NCBI GenBank assembly: GCA_000175855.1
Contig: ACYB01000047.1
Location: 1-32,000, forward strand
DNA length: 32,000 nucleotides
Source of the DNA: Raphidiopsis brookii D9
GTDB lineage: Bacteria; Cyanobacteriota; Cyanobacteriia; Cyanobacteriales; Nostocaceae
Reading direction: 5' to 3'
Below, in pieces: positions 1-10,300 of the stretch. Both the position numbers and the translations under genes were made by a program. How positions within the stretch are numbered: the first letter of the stretch is position 1; every line of letters begins with the position of its first letter. The notes under the pieces were generated by a model, which was not told where the DNA came from, did no database searches, and saw only the letters and a list, made by a program, of their open reading frames with translations.

Positions 1-7
1 GGGAATT

Positions 8-1558
8 ATGGCGCGTCTAGCATTGCTGAGTGTATCAAACAAAACAAATATAATTAATCTGGCTCGAACCCTAGTAGAAGAATTTGATTTTGATATCATC
101 AGTAGTGGAGGAACTGCTAAAACCCTCAAAAATGCTGGGATACCTGTTACTAAAGTTTCAGAATATACTGGGTCACCAGAAATATTAGGTGGTCGGGTAA
201 AAACCCTCCATCCTCGGATACACGGTGGGATTCTGGCGCGGCGAGATGTTGCACAAGACCTCACAGATTTGGCAGCTAATGAAATTCGTCCCATTGATCT
301 GGTAGTCGTCAACCTTTACCCTTTTAGGGAAACTATTGCCCAACCAAGTGTTACCCTCGCAGATGCAGTAGAACAAATTGATATTGGCGGTCCGGCAATG
401 TTACGCGCTGCATCTAAGAACTTCCCTAACTTAACTGTGTTGTGTGATCCTGAGCAATATAATGAGTATTTACAAGAATTACGTCAACATGGGTCAACTT
501 CCTGGGAATTTCGTCGCAAGTGCGCATTGCAGGGTTTTTTGCACACAGCTAGTTATGACCATGCGATCGCAACTTATCTCTCAGAGATAGAAAATCCCAG
601 TTTATCCAAAAATGACTTGACAGAAAACTACAATATTTCGGGTAGGCGAATTCAAACACTACGTTATGGTGAAAATCCTCATCAACCTGCAACTTGGTAT
701 GGGACAGGTAGTAACCCAACTGGTTGGACTACAGCAATAAAGTTGCAAGGTAAGGAACTTAGTTATAATAATTTAGTAGATTTAGAAGCTGCTAGACAAA
801 TTATTGCTGAATTTACAGATCTACCAGCAGCGACAATTATTAAACATAATAATCCCTGTGGAACTGCTGAAGCTGATACTATTTTTGCCGCTTATCAAAA
901 TGCCTACAATGCTGACAGTATATCGGCTTTTGGTGGAATTGTTGCCCTCAATCGCCCTATTGATACTCCAACCGCATGGGAACTAACTAAGACATTTTTA
1001 GAGTGCGTAGTTGCCCCGGACTGCGATCAAGAAGCACAAGCGATTTTAAATAAAAAGGGTAATCTCCGAGTCTTAATTTTACCAGATCTATTAAGTGGAC
1101 CAAAGGAAACAGTCAAAGCAATAGCAGGTGGTCTTCTAGTACAAACTGCTGATGACACAATTGCTGATAGTTCTAAATGGCAGGTTGTTACTAAAGTTAA
1201 ACCTACTTTAGAAGAATTAGCAGAGTTATTATTTGCTTGGAAAGTTTGCAAGCACGTCAAATCTAATGCTATTGTAATCAGTAAACAGAGAACAACTTTA
1301 GGTGTGGGTGCAGGGCAAATGAATCGGGTTGGTTCAACCAAAATAGCTCTAGAACAAGCGGGAGCAGGAGCTAAAGGAGCTGTTTTAGCTAGTGACGGTT
1401 TTTTCCCCTTCGATGATACAGTGAGAACAGCTGCTGCTGCTGGTATTACTGCTATTGTGCAACCAGGAGGAAGTTTACGAGACCAAGATTCAATTAAATC
1501 TGCTGACGAGCTGGGTTTATCAATGGTGATGACTGGTGTAAGGCATTTTTTGCATTAG
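8..1558 (+). CDS. purH: Bifunctional AICAR formyltransferase / IMP cyclohydrolase
   Basis: 516-aa ORF. The N-terminal MGS-like domain (LLSVSNKT...SSGGTA..L...GI.V..VSE.TG.PE.L.GRVKTLHP.IHGGIL) and the C-terminal GVRHFLH ending are typical of PurH. The protein is full length. Confidence 0.95.
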   Translation: MARLALLSVSNKTNIINLARTLVEEFDFDIISSGGTAKTLKNAGIPVTKVSEYTGSPEILGGRVKTLHPRIHGGILARRDVAQDLTDLAANEIRPIDLVVVNLYPFRETIAQPSVTLADAVEQIDIGGPAMLRAASKNFPNLTVLCDPEQYNEYLQELRQHGSTSWEFRRKCALQGFLHTASYDHAIATYLSEIENPSLSKNDLTENYNISGRRIQTLRYGENPHQPATWYGTGSNPTGWTTAIKLQGKELSYNNLVDLEAARQIIAEFTDLPAATIIKHNNPCGTAEADTIFAAYQNAYNADSISAFGGIVALNRPIDTPTAWELTKTFLECVVAPDCDQEAQAILNKKGNLRVLILPDLLSGPKETVKAIAGGLLVQTADDTIADSSKWQVVTKVKPTLEELAELLFAWKVCKHVKSNAIVISKQRTTLGVGAGQMNRVGSTKIALEQAGAGAKGAVLASDGFFPFDDTVRTAAAAGITAIVQPGGSLRDQDSIKSADELGLSMVMTGVRHFLH

Positions 1559-1579
1559 CATGACAAACAAAAATTAACA

Positions 1580-4078
1580 CTAGGTCAAAATTGCTCCCCC
1601 CATTAAACGCTTATACCTGTACTGTAACTCATCCTTCATTAACGGCCAACGCTCTAAACTAACATCCATGTCAATCACCTTCTCCGCTGCTTGTCGCGCT
1701 AAGAGTAATACTTCCTCATCTTCCACTAAACTAGCGAGAGTAAGATCTGCTACTCCAGATTGACGAGTTCCCATGACCTCTCCTGGACCGCGAAAGCGCA
1801 TATCCATTTCAGAAATAAAAAACCCATCTTGTGACTGCTCTAAAACCTTCAATCGTTGTTGAGCATCTGGGTTTCTGGAACTACTCATTAAGAGACAATA
1901 GGACTGGTCCATACCTCTACCTACGCGCCCCCGCAGTTGGTGTAACTGGGATAGTCCAAATCTCTCCGCATGTTCAATTAACATTACAGTAGCATTAGGT
2001 ACGTCTACCCCTACTTCTACCACAGTAGTAGAAACCAAAATTTGGGTTTGGTTATCTCGGAACTTATTAATAGCTTCTTCTTTTTCTGTGGAAGTCATTT
2101 TTCCATGTAATAATCCCACTTGAAAATTGGGGAAAACAGTTTCTTGTAATTTTTGATATTCATCTATAGCTGAACGTAAATCTAATTTTTCTGACTCTTC
2201 CACCAGGGGTAAAACTACATATACTTGTCTACCTTGGGCAATTTCTCTTCTAATTAAATCGTAAGCTTGTGGTCTTTGATGACCTGTGAGGAGAGAAGTT
2301 TTGATTTGTTGTCTTCCCGGTGGTAACTCATCAATTTGACTTACATCCAAATCTCCATGTACTGTTAATGCTAAAGTTCTGGGAATGGGTGTAGCAGTCA
2401 TGGTTAGGACGTGAGGTTGTTCACCTTTTTGTTGTAATTTAGCCCTTTGTTCTACCCCAAATCGGTGCTGCTCATCAATTACAACTAAACCTAAACGGTG
2501 AAATTTCACCTTGTCTTGAATTAAAGCATGAGTTCCCACCAGAAGAGGTAATTCTCCGGTTTCTAATTGGGAGTGAATTTCTCTTCTTTTGCTAGTTTTA
2601 GTGGATCCCGTTAGTAATTCTACTGGTAAGTGCAAAAGATTAAACCAAGTTACTAATTTTCGATAATGTTGTTCTGCTAATACTTCTGTAGGTGCCATTA
2701 AGGCTGCTTGATAACCTGATTGAATGGCTGCTAAAATGGCAACTACAGCAACAACGGTTTTACCTGAACCTACATCACCTTGTACCAAACGGTTCATGGC
2801 TGTGGACTTTTGTAAGTCATTGAGGATATCATTAATTACTCTTTCTTGGGCTTTAGTAAATTTAAAAGGTAAAATTTCATGAAATTGATCCAATAATTTG
2901 CCACTAGGTGCAAGAATAGGACCAGTTTGGTTAGCTTTGGCTTGTTTTTGCCTTTGTAATAAACCTACTTGTAAGTAAAAAAATTCATCAAATACTAACC
3001 TCCTCTTAGCCATTTTCAGGGTATCACTATCTTGGGGAAAATGAATGTTAGGGATTGCCTGTTTTAATTCAATTAAGTTGTATTTTTTACGTAGACCAGG
3101 TGGTAAAGGGTCTTGTAAACTTTTGACAGATGGTAAAACTGCCATTACTGCTTGTCTGACTGCGTTAGCAACCACACCCTCTGTTAAACCATAAATTGGT
3201 ACGACCCTACCAATGGTGAAAGAGTCTATAGCATCCCCGGAATTGGCTAAGACTTCTATTTCTGGATTATCTAATGTTAGTCCATATTTACTAGGCTTGA
3301 CTAAACCACAAGCTGCAACTAAAGTACCAGGCGTATAACGTCGCTTTAAACCTTCTTGCCAACCTTTACTACTAAAGCGAGAACCAGCGTAAAATCTACT
3401 AACCTTTACTTGTCCGGTTTGGTCTTTTAACATCAGTTCTAAAATGGACAATTTCTGGTTTTTGGGACTGGTAAAACAATTACAACGTCTGACCTCCCCA
3501 ATGATGGTTACTGTTTCACCTCCTTTTAATTCTCTAATATTTACCTGACGTGCATAATCAATATAATCCCGTGGATAATAAAACAGCAGATCTCTGACGG
3601 TTTCCAATTCTAACCGGTACAGATTTTCTGCTCTTTTAATGCCAATTTCGGCTAAGTCACGAAGTTTTTGATCGATTTTTGGAGCTGGTTTCTGGTTAAC
3701 TTCATTGACAATGGGAGTGGTTTTCACCAATTTGGTGGTAGTTGGTTGATTTTCCCGTAGGAATGATTCCATATCTGGTTCTAGTTGAGATTGTAATCGG
3801 TCTTGTAACTCACCCAGATAGGTTCCTAAGTCTTTGACTAGTTTCTCTCGAATTTCTATAGCTAAATGGGGATATTGGATAAATTGAGAGGTTATATAAT
3901 CCCAATGTAATTTCTCTTCCCCTGGTAAACCCTGTGGAAACTGGCTAAAGGTTAAACTAATAAATTCACTAAAGCGGTATTTTTTACCTACCAAATCCCC
4001 AAAACCGGAATCGGCTTCTATTGATAATGCCTTATACAGTCTTATCCAGTCAGGTGTTTGATTAGTCATAGTTATCAA
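1580..4078 (-). CDS. recG: ATP-dependent DNA helicase RecG
   Basis: 832-aa ORF with Walker A GDVGSGKT, a DEQH box (VVIDEQHRFGV), a helicase C region (QLHQLRGRVGRG) and an upstream wedge/OB region. It is convergent with purH across a 21-nt gap. Confidence 0.93.
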   Translation of the reverse strand: MITMTNQTPDWIRLYKALSIEADSGFGDLVGKKYRFSEFISLTFSQFPQGLPGEEKLHWDYITSQFIQYPHLAIEIREKLVKDLGTYLGELQDRLQSQLEPDMESFLRENQPTTTKLVKTTPIVNEVNQKPAPKIDQKLRDLAEIGIKRAENLYRLELETVRDLLFYYPRDYIDYARQVNIRELKGGETVTIIGEVRRCNCFTSPKNQKLSILELMLKDQTGQVKVSRFYAGSRFSSKGWQEGLKRRYTPGTLVAACGLVKPSKYGLTLDNPEIEVLANSGDAIDSFTIGRVVPIYGLTEGVVANAVRQAVMAVLPSVKSLQDPLPPGLRKKYNLIELKQAIPNIHFPQDSDTLKMAKRRLVFDEFFYLQVGLLQRQKQAKANQTGPILAPSGKLLDQFHEILPFKFTKAQERVINDILNDLQKSTAMNRLVQGDVGSGKTVVAVVAILAAIQSGYQAALMAPTEVLAEQHYRKLVTWFNLLHLPVELLTGSTKTSKRREIHSQLETGELPLLVGTHALIQDKVKFHRLGLVVIDEQHRFGVEQRAKLQQKGEQPHVLTMTATPIPRTLALTVHGDLDVSQIDELPPGRQQIKTSLLTGHQRPQAYDLIRREIAQGRQVYVVLPLVEESEKLDLRSAIDEYQKLQETVFPNFQVGLLHGKMTSTEKEEAINKFRDNQTQILVSTTVVEVGVDVPNATVMLIEHAERFGLSQLHQLRGRVGRGMDQSYCLLMSSSRNPDAQQRLKVLEQSQDGFFISEMDMRFRGPGEVMGTRQSGVADLTLASLVEDEEVLLLARQAAEKVIDMDVSLERWPLMKDELQYRYKRLMGGAILT

Positions 4079-4104
4079 TTAACTTAATTGATTCAATATC
4101 ATCA

Positions 4105-4902
4105 TCAAATATCGTCAAACCAACTAGCGCGCCAAGCGGACTCTGCTTGGGCTATTTTTAATTCTTGATGTTTTTTATTATACTCCTTAGCTAACTTGTT
4201 AATTTGCAGCAAAATAACACGAATTTGCTTACTCTTTTCCAAGAGTTTCTGATCGGCAAATTCAATATCTCCCAATCGCAAATTGACGGTAACTAACTGG
4301 GTTAAGGTGGAATCTTCCGATTCTTTTTCATTAGTAATTTCTATGACCAAGTTTAACAAATTTGGTGGTCCTGCTATTACTTCTGTGGTTGCTTCTGAAG
4401 CTGCTGCTGCTAAAATTGGTTCTGGTAATTTCTTGGGTAAAAGTCCTGCTTTTTGCAGCAGAAGGTTAGCTTCTAAGGAAACTGTCTTTAGTGTGTTTTG
4501 TATTCCCTCTTCTACATTCCGATGCCATTGTACCACTTCTATGGGATTAGAAAAATCTAAGGATTTTACCTGGGGAACCTCCAATGGTGGATTTTCTGTA
4601 TTTTCCATATTCTCCGGTCTCTTGATTTCTAAGTAAACCAGTAGTTGTTGGGCAGCTTTTCTTCCCAGTTGACGGGCACTTTGTTGTAGTTGTTGACGTT
4701 GGTTAAGGGATAGATGTAAGAACTTCTCTGCATATCCCTTGGTACATAAATGGTAAACAGCTAAAATTAATTGTTTGTGTGTGGATTCTCCTAATTGAAC
4801 TAAATAATCAGCATAATTTTTTTGCAGTTCTGTTGCCACAGAACTAAAGTTTTGTTTTAACTTGTTGATGTCTTCTTCTATTCGCTCTACTGTTCTTGTC
4901 AT
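4105..4902 (-). CDS. Hypothetical protein with helical/coiled-coil ends, probably co-transcribed with recG
   Basis: 265-aa ORF with protein-like composition. It lies on the same strand as recG and ends 26 nt upstream of the recG start. I recognise no catalytic motif. Confidence 0.6.
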   Translation of the reverse strand: MTRTVERIEEDINKLKQNFSSVATELQKNYADYLVQLGESTHKQLILAVYHLCTKGYAEKFLHLSLNQRQQLQQSARQLGRKAAQQLLVYLEIKRPENMENTENPPLEVPQVKSLDFSNPIEVVQWHRNVEEGIQNTLKTVSLEANLLLQKAGLLPKKLPEPILAAAASEATTEVIAGPPNLLNLVIEITNEKESEDSTLTQLVTVNLRLGDIEFADQKLLEKSKQIRVILLQINKLAKEYNKKHQELKIAQAESAWRASWFDDI

Positions 4903-5056
4903 ACATATAATAAGTCATAATAAGTCGGAGTTACCCCCCAGATCAATCCGGGAGGTTTCAGTTTATCCTAATATAATCTAGGGTTTGTTTCGGTGCAGTT
5001 AACCTGATATGGGTTGGTGTGGAGCAAGTCTTGATATTGCTCTACTCACAACCAAA

Positions 5057-5998
5057 TTACTTAGCACCAATTTGAGCAGCTACCTCTTGGGCAAAGTTGC
5101 TTTCTTGCTTCTCAATGCCTTCACCTAAGATATAACGCACAAACTGATGTACTATGATTGGTTCTGACAGTTTTGATTCCACTTGCTTGATTAGTTCTGC
5201 CACGGAAATATTTTGATCCCGGATATAAGGCTGATCTAACAAGGTCATTTCTTTCAGACGTTTGTCAATTCTTCCTTGGACAATCTTCTCTTTAATGTTT
5301 TCTGGCTTATTACCCAGATCTTCCTTACCCATTTCAATCTCTTTTTCCTTTTGGACAACCTGGTCAGGAATTTTATCCACACTTACATATTCAACATTGG
5401 GACAAGCTGCTACTTGCATAGCGGTGTTCCTAGCCAAGCTTTGCACTTCTTCGTTTTTTGCAGCGGTTTCTGTGTAAACACCAATGGAAACTAACACACC
5501 TACTCTACCACCAGTATGAATATATCCATCTATCACTCCGGGTGCACCTTCTAAAGAAAAGTTCACAAAGCGACGCACCTGAATATTTTCACCCAAGGTG
5601 GCAATGGTCTCCTTTATATAGTCATCTACCGTCACATCAGTATTTTCAATATACGGTTGGGCCAGCAAAGAGGTCACATTGTCAGCATTTACCGCCTGTT
5701 TAGCTAAGTTCTTAACTAATAACTTAAAAGCGTCATTCCTAGCTACAAAATCTGTTTGGCAGTTAACTTCTATTAGCACTCCCCCACTTCTATCCGGTGT
5801 GGTGTAGATGTCTACTAACCCTTCTGCAGTCACGCGATCGCTTTTCTTTCCTGCTGAAGCAATACCTTTTTTCCTGAGCCAATCTATAGCTTCGTCTATA
5901 TTGCCCTGAGTTTCATTTAGAGCTTTTTTACAGTCCATCATGCCTGCACCAGTTTTCTGGCGTAGATCTTGCACGAGTTTTGCTGATATTTCTGCCAT
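5057..5998 (-). CDS. tsf: Translation elongation factor Ts
   Basis: 313-aa ORF. The N-terminal UBA-like motif ([16 protein letters not shown]...G.ID.AI.WLRKKG) is typical of EF-Ts. It lies downstream of rpsB in the classic rpsB-tsf arrangement. Confidence 0.95.
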   Translation of the reverse strand: MAEISAKLVQDLRQKTGAGMMDCKKALNETQGNIDEAIDWLRKKGIASAGKKSDRVTAEGLVDIYTTPDRSGGVLIEVNCQTDFVARNDAFKLLVKNLAKQAVNADNVTSLLAQPYIENTDVTVDDYIKETIATLGENIQVRRFVNFSLEGAPGVIDGYIHTGGRVGVLVSIGVYTETAAKNEEVQSLARNTAMQVAACPNVEYVSVDKIPDQVVQKEKEIEMGKEDLGNKPENIKEKIVQGRIDKRLKEMTLLDQPYIRDQNISVAELIKQVESKLSEPIIVHQFVRYILGEGIEKQESNFAQEVAAQIGAK

Positions 5999-6088
5999 GT
6001 TCCCTCAATTTTGTTGCGATTGAATACTTAGTTAATTACGTTGTTAATTGTCACGACAAGAGTTACCAGGTTGATAAGTTTTGGGATT

Positions 6089-6115
6089 ATGGGATCAAGT
6101 GATCTACCTGATCCC
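6089..6115 (-). other. Hairpin in the rpsB-tsf intergenic spacer
   Basis: TGGGATCA (6089-6096) and TGATCCCA (6108-6115) are perfect 8-bp complements with an 11-nt loop. No U-tract follows on the mRNA strand, so a stabiliser, processing site or partial attenuator is more likely than a full terminator. Confidence 0.3.
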
Positions 6116-6132
6116 AAACTCTCAATTTTTTA

Positions 6133-6924
6133 TTATTCTTCATCATCGTCATCTGAGAAATGATCTACATAACCCGGTTCCTCATCTTCGTAATCTTCCT
6201 CAGGAATGTCGTAATCCTCATAATCAGGTTCTACTTCCAGTTGACCATGACGACCTTCATAAATGGCATCCGCTAATTTGCCTACAATCAGCTTAATAGA
6301 GCGAATAGCGTCATCATTAGCTGGAATAGGAATATCTACCGTATCTGGATCACAATTGGTATCCAGCATAGAAACAATGGGAATACTCAGTTTTTGACAT
6401 TCCTGAACAGCATTATACTCCCGTCGTTGGTCAACAATTATCACCACATCGGGTACTTTTCGCATATTCTTAATGCCACCCAGGTATTTCTGTAACTTAG
6501 ACATTTCTCGCCTCAGCATTGATGCTTCTTTCTTAGGCAATAAATCTAAGGCACCATTTTCTTCTCGTCGCTCTAAATCTTTTAGACGGTCTGCTCTGGT
6601 TTTAATCGTTGCCCAGTTGGTGAGCATTCCACCTAACCAACGCTGGTTAATATAGTGAGAACCACAACGGTTAGCTTCTTGGGCAATAATCCCTGCTGCT
6701 TGTCTTTTTGTGCCTACAAACAGGAACTTTTTTCCTTGCTCTGCTTGACTTCGCATATAATTGTATGCATCATCCATCAACTGTGCTGTTTGCACTAAGT
6801 CAATGATATGTACTCCATTACGAGCAGTGTATATATAGGGAGACATTTTGGGGTTCCAACGTCTGGTTTGATGACCAAAGTGAACTCCTGACTCCATCAT
6901 TTGAGCCAAAGAAACTACGGGCAT
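6133..6924 (-). CDS. rpsB: 30S ribosomal protein S2
   Basis: 263-aa ORF. The N-terminus ([21 protein letters not shown]) is typical of S2, and the acidic C-terminal tail is common in cyanobacterial S2. An AGGAG lies 9 nt upstream of the ATG. Confidence 0.95.
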   Translation of the reverse strand: MPVVSLAQMMESGVHFGHQTRRWNPKMSPYIYTARNGVHIIDLVQTAQLMDDAYNYMRSQAEQGKKFLFVGTKRQAAGIIAQEANRCGSHYINQRWLGGMLTNWATIKTRADRLKDLERREENGALDLLPKKEASMLRREMSKLQKYLGGIKNMRKVPDVVIIVDQRREYNAVQECQKLSIPIVSMLDTNCDPDTVDIPIPANDDAIRSIKLIVGKLADAIYEGRHGQLEVEPDYEDYDIPEEDYEDEEPGYVDHFSDDDDEE

Positions 6925-6938
6925 GTTTAATCACTCCT

Positions 6939-6999
6939 ATTCGGGTTAAACCTCCATCCAGGCGTATTTCTACAGCGGAAACACCCGAATCCCTGGATG
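6939..6999 (-). promoter_or_regulatory. Structured rpsB 5' leader: two interleaved perfect 8-bp helices next to the SD
   Basis: In mRNA sense, CAUCCAGG (6999-6992) pairs with CCUGGAUG (6962-6955), and AUUCGGGU (6990-6983) pairs with ACCCGAAU (6946-6939). The last arm directly abuts AGGAG (6938-6934). Read directly from the sequence; any function is inferred. Confidence 0.35.
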
Positions 7000-7341
7000 T
7001 GCGGAATTTAATCAACTAAACTAGGATAGCACAATCTTGGCCAATTGTGCCACTCCTGTCCGGGAATTCCAACAATTTTCATTTTTAAAACTAGGTTTAA
7101 AAATCAGAAAAACCACCTCCTTTTCATACTGTTTATGTTACCATCTGGAATAGGGGTTATTTTTACGATACTAGCGGTAAGGTTAGTACAGCTTGAGTCG
7201 GTAGTCCATCAACATCTCAGACTTTTTGCCTGTGTGCAAAATTCCTACTATGACAAAGCTTTTATATGATTTGCAACTGTATCTCAATTGTCTAATCCAC
7301 ATCAAACTTTGCATATCCACTCCAATAAAATCTAAATTAAT

Positions 7342-10300
7342 ATGACCAATCACAGATCTCCCACAAAAAACAAACAGGCCGATCTTCTTGAAAACTACCT
7401 AAAGTTATCTTCTGCTCATCAGAACATACTGCAAATACTTTCCATAATTTATGAAAAAATAGACAAAAGCTCGATTTTACCCTGTTTGGTTGCTGCTAGT
7501 TTGTCCGACGAGAGAAATGTTCCGTGGAATGCTAAGTCTCTCAATCGCCAGGTTGATAGCCTAGCAGAGCAGGATCTCTTGGTGCAAGGACCTAAAAATA
7601 TTGTTGAATGCCATCCTCTGATTAAAGAAGGTGTGATTCGTCATACCATAGAAACGGAAAATTTTGAACTATTAGTTGCAGCTGTAGAGGAGAAACTACC
7701 AATTCGTAACGCCCTTATAAAAGGTAGGAGAAGTTTTGCCAACCTGCACCAGTGTGTTAGAGAAATTCGCATTGGCATCTATCGTGGAGACACGGATTTT
7801 GTCTATAAACAAATTGATGACTATCATCATCTAAAAGGTGAATACGAATCTACAAAAAAACTCATTAATTATGTATCAGAGGAAGTGTGTAACAATCCTT
7901 TTGATCCCACGTGGTTTGTTAAGTTGCCACCGGAACTATATGAGATCTTCATGACCAATATTCTATTTAATTCAGCACTAAATTTATCTAATTGTCAAGA
8001 GGTTTTTTGTCTCTTAGAAGAGGAATGTGAGAATTCGGGTAAACACTCGTCGAATCATACATATTCAATACTAATAGAGCAATTTTTGCTCAGGGCCTGT
8101 ACAGAAGAAGCAGAAGAAAGTTTAAAACATATAAAGGATGTTTCTATTACCAGGAATAATGGTTTTTGGGGTTGGTTAAGTTTCCTGCAAGGAAAAAATG
8201 ATCAAGCCATTCAATACTATTCCGATGGACTAGAAACTCAACGAAAAATGATTGGCAAACACCAAATATATTTTAATTCCATAGCGGGATTATTCTTTAT
8301 TCTAGCCCTGCTAAAGGAGGGTTCAGCAAAATCTCTGAGCAAGGCAGAGGAGTATGCAAATATACTGAGTCAGTCAAGTCATTTTCTGAGTTTAATTTAT
8401 AAAAACCTAACCGTCTTACTGCAGGTTCATCAGGGCAATATCAGTGCCAAAAAAACTTTACTCGAAGAAGCAAATTTTACATCCCTGAAGGGAAAAAACA
8501 GTTTAGAGTTACTATTCTACTCACTATGTATCTACTGGCTAGATATTGAAGTTGCCAGAAAGCTTCTACCCAAGGTATTACAAAAATTATACAGCAGTGC
8601 TGTCTTCTCTGGTTATCACTGGTTAGCCATAGAAGCGGCAAATTTGTTAGCTCGAATTGACCCTCATAGTAATTACCAAATAAGAGCACAAACTCTACAG
8701 GAATACACCAATATTGAAACTATAGTCGATATATTACAACCCCAGGAAGAATGGGAGATTCGCCTACAAGCTTTGGCAGGGATGCAAAAAGAATCCCAGA
8801 CTATCAACCAATCGGACACAGGAACGCGTTTGGTCTGGTTAGTAAAATTTGATTCTGGCAAATGTTTTTTACAACCCAAGGAACAGAAAAATACTGTGAA
8901 GGGAGAATGGAGTAAAGGTCGTCAAATCGCCCTGAGACGTTTGAGTACAAACTTATCAGAGCTAAACTATATCACATTCCAAGATGTAAAAGTCTGTAGC
9001 TGTATTGAAGTCTCTAATTATAGAAGTTACCACAATAAATCTGAGTATCAGTTCAACGAAAGGGCAATTTTAGCTTTAATTGGACATCCCCTAGTATTTT
9101 GGGAAGATGCTCCTAATATTCGGGTAGAAATAGTAAAAGGAGAGATGGAATTTTTAGTAAAAAAAGATGGTCAAGATCATTTAACCATAGAATTATCACC
9201 CAAAATAACAACCGACAATATTACTTGTATCAAGGAAACTCCCACCCGCATTAAAGTCATTGAAATTACACCTGAACATAGGCGCATAGGAGAGATTTTG
9301 GGTTATGAAAATAAGTTGACTGTTCCTAGGATTGCTGAGAAAAATATTTTGGCAGCTATCAATGGTGTTTCTGGGATTGTTACTGTTCATTCTGATATCA
9401 GTGGGAATGTGGAGGGTATAGAAGAATTGCCCGCTCAAACTCTACCCTATATTCATTTGTTACCCACTAATACGGGTTTAAAGGTTAGCCTACTATCACA
9501 TCCCTTTACTGAAGGTGGACCATACTTTCATCCGGGTATTGGTGGAGAGACGGTAATTGCGGAAATAGGGGGTAAACGGTTACAAACTAGACGTAATTTA
9601 TCTCAAGAAAGGGAACTGGCCCAATATGTTATTGATAACTGTCCTACTTTAATGAGTGTTAACGAACAAGGGAGCGAATGGCTAATAGAGGACCCAGATA
9701 ACTGTTTGGAACTGCTACTGGAATTACAAGCATTAAAGGATAAGATAGTTGTAGAATGGCCTCAAGGTGAAAAAATGCGTGTTAGCTATCATGCTGACTT
9801 GAAAGACTTTAACCTATCTATTGAACGCCAAAAAGATTGGTTTGCTGCAACTGGTGAATTGAAATTGAGCGAAGACCTAGTTTTGGATATGGAGCAACTC
9901 TTACAATTACTTGAGAAAACCCCTGGTCGGTTTATTCCTATGGGTGATGGTGAATTTTTAGCGTTAAGTGAAGTATTTCGAAAACAACTGGATGAGCTAC
10001 GACTTTTTTCAGAAAAACATGGTAAGAAACTGATGTTTCATCCTCTAGCTGCATCTAACCTAGAAGAATTTGTGGATAATGTAGGTAACTTGAAAGCAGA
10101 TAAACATTGGAAACAGCATATCAGCCGTCTTAAAGAAGTGCAAAGCCTGCAACCAGAACTACCATCAACATTTCAAGCAGAACTGCGGGACTATCAGATG
10201 GAAGGTTTTTGCTGGTTAGCACGATTAGCCCATTGGGGTGTAGGAGCTTGTTTGGCTGACCAAATGGGACTGGGCAAAACCATACAAGCATTAGCTATTA

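Noticed and set aside
4283-4636. ORFs of 60-124 aa lying inside larger genes, on the opposite strand or in another frame. They are 185-376, 804-986, 1027-1341, 4283-4636, 5262-5703, 6081-6296, 6473-6655, 8477-9438, 14075-14440, 16753-16968, 17568-17756, 19431-19888, 20139-20399, 24212-24406, 24820-25041, 25162-25371, 25789-26163, 26268-27237, 28123-28311, 28997-29185, 30290-30523 and 31727-31912.
   Set aside because: Each overlaps a well-supported conserved gene and shows low-complexity or odd composition with no recognisable motif. They are typical shadow ORFs.
7045-7269. Intergenic ORFs at 7045-7269 (+), 6818-7015 (-), 14640-14852 (+), 17989-18186 (+) and 30527-30805 (-).
   Set aside because: They lie in AT-rich promoter or leader regions. 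Their products are rich in F, I, L, N and K as expected from AT-rich noise, they lack ribosome-binding sites, and some overlap real gene starts or terminator hairpins.
8994-9033. A SWIM-zinc-finger-like CxC...H pattern (VCSCIEVSNYRSYH) inside the SNF2 N-terminal region.
   Set aside because: The third Cys of the CxCxnCxH signature is missing (SYH instead of CxH). It is not a supportable zinc finger on sequence alone.
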